64,000 bases of DNA from Magallana gigas (Eukaryota). Shown here piece by piece: positions 24,901-38,109 of this stretch. The stretch is taken from NCBI RefSeq assembly GCF_963853765.1, contig NC_088860.1, positions 27,032,001 to 27,096,000 of the forward strand. The letters run 5' to 3'. The notes under the pieces are model-generated. The model was not told the DNA's origin, searched no databases, and was given only the letters and a program-made list of their open reading frames with translations. Numbering within the stretch: position 1 is the stretch's first letter; every line of letters starts with the position of its first letter. A program made the position numbers and the translations under genes.

Positions 24901-27900
24901 GCAATGGTACACCGTCCTACAGTGGCGACCGTCGTCCTCCTTCAGGAATGTTTCCCTGAAGAAGGCGAAGGAAATCAGCGAGTAACAGAAGAACACCGCC
25001 AGACCAAGTAACGCCACCATCAGCAGTGATTTTCCTGTGTGAGGAATAAATCAGTATCTAAGTCAATGTAATGTCATAAGTTTCTATAGTTGTCATACAA
25101 CAGTAAATAATTACAGTCTAAAAGAGCAGAATGCATTAGCTATATATCCCTATGATAATTTGAGACTTTCAAATTCTAAGTGCTAATAAGAATTTGTAAA
25201 TATATACAAAAATTTTAATGTTTTTCCTGATCACAACTACCTAAGGTGTTCTGTCAACAACAAAAATAATCACTGGTATCTTGCAGTTTCTTACCATTGG
25301 TGGTTACTGCAGCAATGACTCTCTTGAGTAACTGGTTTAACTCCGATATATGGAGAAGGTGGAAGGCAAAGAAGTACCCATAAAATACAGTTCCCAAGAC
25401 TGAGCATGCAAAAAATACCTGAAAAAAACCCCATCCATGCCAGAAATTTAATCAAAATCTCTAAATTAAAAAATAAAATTGGACTGAACTTTATAAAGTG
25501 ACATCACAAAAAATATCAGATAATTATCAAATGAATACACTGTTATCTTGTAATTATTGAATGTATAAAAATTAATTTAAGGTAACTTACAAAGTAATAG
25601 ATTGTTTTAAAGTTGTAGATCTCGATTTCTAAGTGCGAGCGTCCTGTTTTCTTCTCATGCCAAGATCTAAAATCATTTTCATCATCGTTTGATGACCTGT
25701 AAAATATTAATAATTGAACATGAAAAAAAAAGAAATATTTTCACACACTTGCGCACTCAAAAATATACAATTGATTCAAGTAAATGAATGATCTAATAAA
25801 AAATCAATTCGGTAATAAGTAATATGCTTTATTGGTCAGAATGCATTAGGAACTGAAATCCTCAATGCAAAAAAGATAAAGTAAATGTTCATTAAAGAAC
25901 AGAGATTTAGAAGTTTGTGTTATCTGTATATACAATATAATTAATCATTAATAAATAGCAATTAATAAATAGACTGTTGGCAATATGGCTAGAAGAATTA
26001 AAACTGAGGATTGCGAAAACTAAAATATAATGAGCAAGGTATTAATATTTCTTCTTAATAAAGAAGAATCCAAAGTTTATCAAGGCTGTTTGCATAGAAT
26101 ATTAATTATAGAGACAGTACAGCTGAAAACACATGTGTGAATAACTTCAGATTTACCCATTGTATCGTTAGGAAATAAGAAATAACGTTGATTGTAATAG
26201 TTGAAATACATAAAAATCCCTTTCACATATCTAATTAACGTAATTATGAGCTTACGGAAATTTAAGGGTTGTACAAACCGGAATAATCTTATATCGTTTA
26301 CGTGGACTTTGATTGACAGTAATTGACACGTGCTGAAAACTACCAGATCTTCGTCCGGCTACAGTCATCATGGTATACAAGGTTAAAGGGACTCTCTAAA
26401 CGGAACGCATCATCACTTTCTCGATAATTTATTGATGGTTTACCAATTTTGGTTCATTTTAACATGAACAGACATAAATATGTCAAATAACCCCTCATGG
26501 GGCCTCATTTACAAAAATGAATTGAGGTTGTAGCAACTCCTATGATAAACACGCAAAATACATGCTTACAAAATAATAATTGTGGTTATTTTTAAAACTT
26601 TGAACAATTATTACCTGGGAGAAGTAGAATGACATATTTTTATCAACAAACATGTCCAGGAGAATCTTTGCGAGCCCTGCATATGTTTTGTTTACAGTAA
26701 ATATGCATGCGTATTAGTATAGAAGGCTGAACCCCGTAACACGGTGTGAGGTAATTATATATAAATTATACGTAATTATTAATTCTAATGAAATAATTAG
26801 ATTTATTTCATGGAGAACTTTGTAATTTTCTGAAAGTTTATACATTCGTGATTGTTATACTTTCATGTTAAATACTGAAATCTGATTGGTTAAGACGCAG
26901 TTAATAATATTTACTATTACCCTCAGCGTTAGCAACGCACTTGGCAACGGGTAACATTAAAAAATGTTACATGCGCGAAAATTATGCGCGTACGGTTCGC
27001 TGTAGAATTCACGTTATTCCTATATAAAAGCAGTAAAATTTTCTTAAAAATTTTAAACAAGAGGCCAATTGGCCTTAACGGTCACCTGAGTAGCATATAT
27101 CCAAAACACAAACTTGTCATGGAGTCTCATATATGCATCTAATTAATTAGGTTTAATAATGGAGTAGAAAAATTATAAATTTGTAATGACAACCACATTT
27201 AATTCAAAAAGAACTGTGAAACCTATAATTTTGGTGAAAAACTAAAAGATCTGGTCTACAAAATAATGAATTTAGTTTTCCTTTCAGGTGTGTGGGAGTA
27301 AAGAAGATATTTTTTTAACGTTATATGCATTAGCATCTATACATCCATTTTGGCCCTGCCCTAGAGTCAAAACCCATACCCCAGGGGACATGAAAATTAA
27401 AATTTCAGTAAAGGACTTCCTGGTAAACATAATTATTAGTCGGTTTTTTTATACAGATGTGTGAGAATAGAGAAGAAGATTTTTAAACATTATATGCATT
27501 AACACTTTATTGCCATATTGCCCCCCCCTCATGTCCTGAACCCCTGACCCAGGGGCCATGAATTTCACAATTTAGGTAAAGGAGATTGTGGATATCATAA
27601 CCATGTATTCAGTTTTTTGCCCACATGTGTGGGAGTAGAGAAGAAGATTTTTTAAGATTTAAATCATTTTTACTATATGGCCATATTGGCCCCACCTAGA
27701 GCATGAACACCTAACAAAGGGGTCATGAATTTCACAATTTTAGTAGAGAGCCTCATGGACATCATAATCATGCATTTAGTTTTTAACAAATATATATGGG
27801 AGTAGAGAAGAAGATTTTCTAAGATTTAATACATTTTTACTACATGGCCATATTGGCCCCACCCTAGAGCCTGAACCCCCGACCGAGGAGTCATGAATTT

Positions 27901-28878
27901 CACAATTAAAGTAGAGGGCTCCATGGACATCATAACCATGCATTTAGTTTTTAACAAATATATATGGGAGTAGAGAAGAAGATTTTCTAAGATTTAATAC
28001 ATTTTTACTATATGGCCATATTGGCCCCACCCTAGAGCCTGAACCCCTGACCCAGGGGTCATGAATTTCACAATTAAGGTAGAGGGCTTCATGGACATCA
28101 TAATCATGCATTTAGTATTTAACAAATATATATGAGAGTAGAGAAGAAGATTTTCTAAGATTTAATACATTTTTACTACATGGCCATATTGGCCCCACCC
28201 TAAAGCCTGAACCCCTGACCGAGGGGTCATGAATTTCACAATTTAGGTTGAGGGCTTCATGGACATCATTATCATGCATTTAGTTTTTAACAAATATATA
28301 TGATAGTAGAGAAGAAGATTTTCTAAGATTTAATACATTTTTACTATTTGGCCATATTGGCCCCACCCTAGAGCATGAACACCTAACAAAGGGGTCATGA
28401 ATTTCACAATTTTAGTAGAGGGCTTCATGGACATTATAACCATGCATTTAGTTTTTAACAAATATATATGGGAGTAGAGAAGAAGATTTTCTAAGATTTA
28501 ATACATTTTTACTATATATGGCCATATTGGCCCCACCCTAGAGCCAGAACCCCTGACCCAGGGGCCATAAATTTCACAATTTTGGTAGAAGGCCTCATGG
28601 ACATCATAACCATGCATTCAGTTTTTTCCTCACTTGTGTGGAAGTAGAGAAGAAGATTTTTGAAAATTTGGCTTTTTTTGCATATTTGGCCCCGCCTGTG
28701 GCACCCCAGGGGTGGTAGAGCCATAAATTTCACAATTTAGATTCTTCTTACCATAGAGATGCTTCACACCAAAAATGGTAACGATTGGCCTGGTAGTTTT
28801 CAAGAAGAAGTTAAAAATGTAAAATTGTTAACGCACGACGCACGACGCACAACGCACGACGACGGACGAAGACCAATT

Positions 28879-28915
<37 letters not shown>

Positions 28916-31900
28916 GACATTCAGTATAACAAAATAAATAGTGCCTGTTTTGGAGGATAACAGTTGAAATTGACACCCCTCGAAAACCATTGTCAACCTC
29001 CGCTTCGCGTCGGTTGACAATGGTTTTCTCGGGGTGTCAATTTCAACTGTTACCCTCCCAAACAGGCACTATTTATATAGTAGTACAAAAATACCGCACC
29101 TGATTTTTTCAAGTCGGTTTTTTGATAAGATGCGCCGTACTGTCTCTTTAAAGAAAAGATGTTAATAAGTTGTTGGGTCTATTTGCTCAGTCTTTTTTAA
29201 AGTTGATTCCTGTCATCCTAATTATTATGATTGGTCCTCTTTCCATGACTGTATACAAACGTGAAAGCTTGATCTTCAACATGTATTTCAATGACATTTG
29301 ATGGACGTTTTCATGTCTAAGGTTCAGTGCACTTCATCAAGTAAGGGAGCAGTTAAATTATGCTTGGCATTCTTCGATACATATATAAACCGTGCATTAA
29401 AATGATGCTGAGGCATTACTGTACTCTAAATAAATAAGCTGGTTTGATCCTACATAGTTAGTAGTAGATTTCTATAAGGGATTTGGACATGGGTGTAATC
29501 ATTACTTATTATGGTAGTAGTACATATCTAATTTCCATTCACCAAAAGCACCTGTACATAAAATGGCAGATAAATAAGCTCTACAGATAAAGTGAAGGGG
29601 AAGTAACCCACCTCCTTTCACTCCTGTAAAAGAGACATATTAAATCATGCGCACTATTGGTCTCAAGGTTCAAACAAAGATAATGATATGATCAGGTGAA
29701 GTAAGATGTCCATTTCCACCAGTCATGACATTTATATTAAAAACATAGTTAGCTATACAAGCTTAATCATAATTCCTCTCCGACTCTTAGCAAAAGCAGG
29801 AGGCTAATAAACATTCTTTCAAAATCCAAAAGGGTGTTCTGTCTAGAAATCATTCAACCTTGACCATTTAAAAAAAAAAAAAAATATGCTCAGGTATTGT
29901 AGTTTAATTTCTTTGATAACTATGATGTTATAATTTCTGATATACTGAAAGATACATGCAATTGAGATATTGATGCATGGGCCTGATAAACTCAATCATA
30001 CTGTCAATCATGTATATATGCAATGCCTGAAATGCTACTGCTGCAATAGTATAATGATTCAAACTAAAATGTCTCCACTAACATGTCAACTCTCTCCTTT
30101 TGGGAAGTTTAAACCTGACTTATAAGGTGAAGGATACTTACAATTTTTTCTTGATCCAAGTGTATGGTGGGAAGGTTGGATTGTTGGATATGAGAAACGT
30201 GATGAGGATACACAAACTGAGGAGGTTATGTACGCCGCCCCAAACGTACAGGAATGGCTCGTAGTTTGACATTGTGTACTCGGGCTTGGCACTGCAAGGA
30301 AGGACAGAGTAGTTAAATAACCGCTAAGGGAAATAACTCCAGTTGTGTTACTAATTGTTATTGTATGAAGGAGAGATACAATAGGGCATTCTAAACAAAA
30401 ATAAATAAAATAATCAAGAGCCCAATCTTTTATCTTATGGAGAAAAAAATAAATTCATAGATTGATGTTACTGAACCATTTTAAAATTGCAGTTTCCTGC
30501 TTTACATTAATGGGATACAAGGGCCAGGCACAAAAATATGTCATGGCAAGGCATGAGTGCAAAATGAAAACAGTATATTACCTGTTCGTGTCAGATGTTC
30601 CATCAGCAAGTTTTGGGTCTCTCCATGTTATCATGATGATAATGCTGATTACAAAACTCAGGAACACCACAATGTAATTAATGGGGATCCTGTCAAAAGT
30701 CAACATAATTGATTACACAACTCAGGAACACCACACAATGTAATTCATGGGGATTCTGTCAAAAGTCAACATAATTGATTACAAAACTCAGGAATACCAC
30801 AATGTTATTTGAGGGGATCCTGTCAAAAGTCAACATAATTGATTACAAAACTCAGGAACACCACAGTTACTGCATGTAGATTCCTAATTTAAAGCGAGGA
30901 ATTAATATATGGGTAAAATCATGAGAAACACATCTTGTGGATTTTAAAATCTCTATTTTATTTTTCGAAAAGATGTTAACTAAATGTAACTATGATCAAA
31001 ATTCTGCGTTTGCGATTTTATATTCTCACCATTTGATGCAAAGCATTTCAAACGTGGAATTAAATTCTCGCGTAAAATAAGGAATCTAAAGTATTCATGG
31101 GATCCTGTCAAAAGCTGTCACTGTTACCATGCACTGTTTGGTAGTCCTTACCACAATTTGACTAGCATCTGGCCGACGGGGTTGGCGTGGACTTTTCGCT
31201 GGTACTTGATGTCCTGAATGATATCACTGGCCCAGTCCATAAAGTCACGGATCTTATTGCTGGGGGTCGTCCTGTCCACATCATACTTAAACTTCTCCTT
31301 AATCTCCTCTCTCAGCACATTCTACAGTGTGATAGTACAAAATGTCCTAATCTCCATTAAACAATAGTAATCACTAATGCAGTGAATGAAATACCTGCAG
31401 TCAAGCTGATTAGTACAGAAAACCTGCTCCCACCAGTTTGACTATATGTTCCATTCAGTGACCTTGGCAATCAAATATTTGAACTATCATGACCATGACT
31501 ACCATCTGAACATGACAATCTGTTCATTGCTATGACCTAGACAATCTGGGTTTTTTTCATCTCCAATTTATATCCATGATAATCTCTTGTCTGCATGGCT
31601 TTAACAATACAATCATGTGTAACATTTAAACTAGACAATTCATTTTGAATAAATCTGTTAACTTCAATGACTGGCTATCTGTTATCTGCAATGACCTTGA
31701 CACTAAATACTTACTCTGTCCTTGACCCTGTAGTAGATCTTTTGTAGAACATCATCTTTGATCACTTCAATGGACATGGTACTCGTGGCAAAGAAATCCC
31801 ACGCCATGTTTTGGTTGGGATTTTTGACCAGATCTATAATTCAAACAATCTTTTTTTTTACATCACACAGTCTAATAAATTAATCTCTTTGTTTCTCTCA

Positions 31901-34900
31901 GAGTACTAATGATACAATCTTCATAGCTTTCTGCATTTCTGATTTTCAAAACTGTTACATAAATCCAAGATTTTGAAGTTTGCATGAGGCCTACAAAAAA
32001 TTATCTTAGATAAGAGAAAATGCTCTTTAAAACTACGGTATGCAAGTCAGAAGTTAACTTTACGGCCTTAAGGCTAATGCAGAATATGTCATGTTCTATT
32101 GTTTCCCATACCACTATCTGCATAAAACTACTACTGTTAGCCAACTTTTTTTTAAAATAAAAATAACTTCGTTGTAAAAGACAAGATATGTCATCTTGAA
32201 TACAAGATTGTTTTACAGTGCCATATTTAGGTATAGAATTTGCCTCTGCAGGCAGAATTATAAATGGAAAAAAAACCTTGTTTTTGCAATATCTTTCACA
32301 AGTAATAGCCTAAAGTGTCAGCCTCTGGCTGCACACAAACTTACAGTCTCATTCTTTACACTAATAAAACACCCACTTACAGAGTCTCATTTTTTACACT
32401 AATACAAAGCACACTTACTGAGTCTCTTTACACTAATACAACGCACACTTACGGAGTCTTTTTAACACTAATAAAACACCCACTTACAGAGTCTCATTCT
32501 TTACACTAATACAACACACACTTACAGAGTCTTTTTACACTAATAAAACACCCACTTACAGAGTCTCATTCTTTACACTAATACAACGCAAACTTACTGA
32601 GTCTCTTTACACTAATACAACGCACACTTACTGAGTCTTTTTACACTAATAAAACACCCACTTACAGAGTCTCATTCTTTACACTAATACAATGCACACT
32701 TACGGAGTCTTTTTACACTAATAAAACACCCACTTACAGAGTCTCATTCTTTACACTAAAACAACGCAAACTTACTGAGTCTCTTTACACTAATACAATG
32801 CACACTTACGGAGTCTTTTTACACTAATAAAACACCCACTTACAGAGTCTCATTCTTTACACTAAAACAACGCAAACTTACTGAGTCTCTTTACACTAAT
32901 ACAACGCACACTTACGGAGTCTTTTTACACTAATAAAACACCCACTTACAGTCTCATTCTTTACACTAATACAACGCACACTTACGGAGTCTTTTTACAC
33001 TAATAAAACACCCACTTACAGAGTCTCATTCTTTACACTAATACAACGCAAACTTATGGAGTCTCTTAACATTAATACAACGAGCACTTACGTATCCTTA
33101 TGGACTCTATTTACACTAATACAATGCGCACTTATGGAGTTTCTTAATACTAATACAACGAGCACTTACGGACTCTATTTACACTTTTTCATCACACACT
33201 TACGGTGTCTCTTTACATCGTCCTCCAGGTCCAGTTTCCTACACAGGATGTGATAATACGCGTACCCTGTGTCCTGTATCAGGTTATACAGCTCGTCAAA
33301 GTCGGGGTCTCGCTTCTGTAAAACAATTCATCAAGATGTCAACTCAAAACAAGTAAGCCACTGAAATTGGCAATAGTCCTCATTAAATCAAAGGAAATGG
33401 CAACATTAAATGGTATTCAATAACAAAATATTTTGTACCAAACACATGCAATTTTATATAAAAGTTTATTTATATAATATTTTAATATTTATCATCATTG
33501 ATCAATGGAATTCGAAGTATTTTGTCAAATGATAGATTTATTATGAATGCAGATATAATCTAATTGAAAACACAAATATTTGCAAACGCTAATAGACAAT
33601 GAAGTCATACACGTACATTTCCAAAAGCTTTCACAAGCAGGGAAAGTGTAAAGCAAGACTCCATTTAGATAATACTCCAATATACAACAATGAGAGCCGA
33701 TAAAACTCAGCATCATGTCTCAATAAGACTTGAATAAAATTCAACTCCCTTTTTACGGACAGAAAAAAAAATGCTAAGTAGAAAATATTTTTCTCATCTA
33801 AAGTCTAGCTATCATCTTTATCATTATTCAAGACTTTGTATCTTTATTACTCATGAGCAAGTATCTAAGTTGACATAGGTGTTTACTGTTGCCAATGTGT
33901 TTTAAATGTAAGTCTAAGTAAGATCATTCATTAGAGCAAATCAAACTCTTACAGCAATTAACTACACTTAATCAGTCTGTATTCTTTTAAGGTAGCTCGC
34001 AAGTTTGCAGATATCGATGTCATAATAGCAAAATAACTAAGTGTAAAAAAAAATTACAGCATGTCCATTGATTTTACTTGTGTTGATCAATATTGGTGTG
34101 AATAAAATGCTATCAAAACATTACTATGCAGATGAATCACGAAAAAATTTCAGAGATAGAATTTTGAAATCATCCTAAGGGTAACTGCATGTAACTGATA
34201 ATTTCTCAGGGTTGTCTGACTTTAATGAACCTGCAAGCTACCTTAAGTTGGCTGGGTCAGCAAATTACTCATCAAATTAACCAATTTCTTTTTTTTTTAA
34301 ATATAATATTTTCAGCTATAGACTATCTTAAGGTAAAGAAAATTCCATTAATTAAATTAGCTTTAAAATTTAAATATTTTTTAAAATTTAAATATTTTCC
34401 TATATCTTTATATGCATAGCTTTTTTTTCATTTCTAAAGAAGATCGATACAGCCTTAAGATGGCCACAACTAGCCGGCCATCTTAATACAACCTGTTAGA
34501 AAACAAAACACATTCCTTGTAATCATGCAAACATTCTTTCCTTAATTAACATTCAATCAGAAATTATCACACATATTTGTTATGCAATCACAATACAGTA
34601 AAACTTGGTTATAGCGAAGTCCTAGGGACCAATTGATTTACTTCGTTATGTCCATAAATCGTTATATCCATATAACAAATTCATAATTATAATAGCTTTA
34701 GCGAATTCACTATACACATGTTTTCTTTCACCAAACTATAATTTTCACTAATTGAGGCTTAGAATAAAAATATATTACTTTAGTACCAATAATGATAGGA
34801 TTTTGAGTTGAAAAATTTATATAAATATTTTTTTTTCAAAGTATTATGTTAAATAGTAGTTCAAACTTTATTTAACTGAAAGAAATTCGTTATAAAAGTA

Positions 34901-36351
34901 TTAAATTTCGTTATTATTAACTTCTACAGGACACAAAATCAGTTTGCTATATCTGTAAATTCATTATATCCCAATTCGTTATAACCATAAAGTTTTGCAA
35001 AGGTTTGTTAGGAATTTTACCGGGGACTCAAAAAAAACTTCGCTACATCTGAGAATTTGGTATATCCGTGTTCATACTAAACAAGTTTTACTGTATCATT
35101 CTTTCATACTTATACCACAATCTAAAAATCCATTCGTTATTCCACTTAATTAAATCATAAACTTAGAAACACATAAAAACATATGTATAACACATACAAC
35201 TTGATTGTAAAAAAACCAACAATTTCAAACCATTCAATTTCATTCTCATATCATACGTTATGATATACTTACTTTTTCCTATTTATTTAAAACAAACACA
35301 TTTTACAAATTAGGCAACCGTATTTGTTCAATATTTAGTTGTTTAAAATCATTGACATCATTATAAATTTTAAGCTAAATAATTTAATTCTTCATAAACT
35401 CAAATAAATTGCCACAATGAAAGCTAAATTTCTTATTTCTAAAAATAAAAGATATAAACACATCTAAAACATCAAAAGAAAGTTTCTTGCTTGTCAAAAC
35501 AACAATTGTGGGCTAGATTGGTTAAAAAATACACTTTGTGGTTAAAAGTGATCACAAATTGATTGTACTGTTTCAGTTAAGGGTGTTTAGGACATGGGTG
35601 TGATAATTAATCATTAGATTGGGTTTTGTAAATGTAAACTCAGTGACATTAGGTATTAATAGCCTGCACTATGATTAAAAGATGAAAATCTTTCATCTAG
35701 AACCAAATTAAAAATTTTAACAAAATTTCTTTAGCAAATGTGGTGGTATAATTGGAAGACAGGTGGAAGAGGGGGTCAAATATGGAGTTAGGTAGGTACA
35801 TATAAAGGAATATTTCATTTTTATTGAGAAAGCATTGCCTAATTAGTATTGCTAGCTTGATAAAAAAAAAATTGCTAAAGCACTACACAGAAAATGATTC
35901 AATTATAATCTACAATTTATGACAAATATTAATAAAGTGAACTATGACACCAGCACTCCATTAGAATAGCAAAAAAAAAAAAAGCACAGATATATCCATT
36001 ACCTTTTTAGCAGGCGACCGATCCATTTCCTAATGGTGCAAAATATTCAGTGGTGATTGGTGAACAGATGAAAATGAAATGATATATCACAGATATAATA
36101 AGAACAAACACCCAAATGCTGCCCTCATGGATTCACTATATTGATAAACTATACAAGGATGAATATATCATTAAAAGAAGTTGTGAAGACTGAATCCTAA
36201 ATAAGTTTTAGCATCTAGGCTGATTATATACTGATTGAAATAATACAATGTAGTACAGATATACTGCTATGTATTAAATACCTTATACTTGTATTATGCC
36301 CTACATATATGTACATCTCTGTTAGTATTTTTCTAAAGAATCCAGTGATCG

Positions 36352-36402
<51 letters not shown>

Positions 36403-38038
36403 TGCTATTGAGATAAAAAGTCAATCATTATTAAATCTGAATTTTCACTGGATCCTTATCTAACCTTAAAACTACATGTCCATAACAAGGCATTAATGAG
36501 CTGGCTATAAATATATATATGATTGTAATCTACATGCACCATCAACGACTACCGTAAATATTGTAAAGACTGGTGTAAAGAATGGTGTAAATACAGTAAA
36601 GATTGGTGTAAACATTGTAAAGAACAGTGAAAATACTGTAAAGACTGATCGAAATACTGTAAATATGTGTAAATACTGTAAATAAAGGACTGTAGATCAT
36701 AGAAATGCTGTAATTTTACAGATGTATTGTTCTTTTCTTACCTGCAGCTGATTAAAAGCCTCGGTCATCGTTATGACACACAGGTCAGCATCTAGGTATT
36801 CCATTACTTCCTGTAAGACACAATGAGTTACCATGACAACATTTCATGAAAGCTGTGATATCTTTTACAATGTCATGAGATCACTTTGAATTCATAATTA
36901 TCATCCTTAAAACTTTTGCATATTTTTTAATCTTTTATAAATATAGTTGTCTCACTTAAAATTATCATCACAAATTCATTATTTAATATACATGTATATG
37001 AATCAAATTCTGATAGAAATCAAATAGAATCAAGAACATAGAAGGACAACCATCATTTCATTCCCACACAATTAATCCCTTAATATTACCCTTGAAGTTC
37101 ATTGAATTTTAAGTTAATTACATAGAAAACAGCCAAAAATTATTTTTCAATCTTTCTTTGCAATGTTTTAAGCCACAGCATACCATACAGTTCCTAGATT
37201 TATATGCAAATTATTGGGAAATCAATAATTCTTGTTTGAAAACAATATCATTTCTGCATTATTTATATTTTACATCATTATAAATCATCCAAATAATTAA
37301 AAAAACATTTCTACCATTATAGCATTTAAGCTGTAGTACAGTCTTGTTTGGGGAGAAAATGAAGGTGAAGATACATGTACAGATTTAACATGTACTTGCA
37401 TATGGGTAAAAACCAGGGATTGGGGGGGGGATCTTACCCCCTCCCCCCTCCCCCCTTTTATTTTTAATCTTAAGATATACTCTATCATTCTTTAAAAATA
37501 ATTTTTGTTTGTCAAGATTTTGGATAAGTCTAACCCTTCCATTTTCAATTTGTTTCAAACACAACTTACTTGCGTTTGGGTTTAAAATTATTAGCATAAT
37601 GTAAAATACATATTACTCAGTACTGAAACAAGCAATAAGTCACATTGCCCAAAAGCTGTCATTTCTTAGCTATATTGAATGAAAAAGCATTTATAAATAT
37701 GTGATAATCAGCAAATAAACTATATATATCCATATTTACACTACAATTATAGCATTTTAGTGCAAAAATTAATAATTAAAAAATAAAGGCAAACCACAAG
37801 TATAGAGAAGTCGTCTAGAAAAAAGAACAGGAGTAAATTAAATGACTACTGAAAAGACGATAAGCACTGGAGAATAAAGGATGTGCAGGGAAAAAAGATG
37901 TGCAACTGGAAGATGAAGGGGAGGATCGATAATTGTTAAAGAGACTAACATCAGAGAGAATCACAAGTTAAATTGGAGTGTGCAAACAGGGTGGCTATGC
38001 ATCTAGACAATGATGCTACAAAATCTAGAGCACAAAGG

Positions 38039-38109
<71 letters not shown>

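Larger units (their letters stand above)
26843..29076. mobile_element. Unclassified interspersed element ending in a 143-bp palindrome, interrupted by the HINE
   Basis: CpG-richer left part ~26843-27057 and right part 28916-29076 rejoin across an A-run when the HINE is removed. The left boundary is approximate. Confidence 0.5.
21913..30689 (-). other. Transmembrane/pore and C-terminal linker exons of the IP3R-like channel
   Basis: S1 30689-30582, S2 30291-30142, S3-S4 25696-25295, S5 plus pore helix 25034-24856, S6 23350-23201, C2H2 zinc site (CFIC / HVRTEH) 22761-22261, coiled-coil tail to 21913. Confidence 0.85.

Noticed and set aside
26157-26676. Exon-like segments 26676-26615 (62 nt) and 26230-26157 (74 nt)
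   Set aside because: Their phases do not fit the phase-2/phase-2 intron singly or together without frameshift or stop.
32196-33253. ORFs of 64-68 aa
   Set aside because: They arise from the minisatellite.
36553-36695. TTTACAG-containing minisatellite as a sixth junction-seeded repeat
   Set aside because: It starts ~45 nt from the donor and does not copy a real junction.
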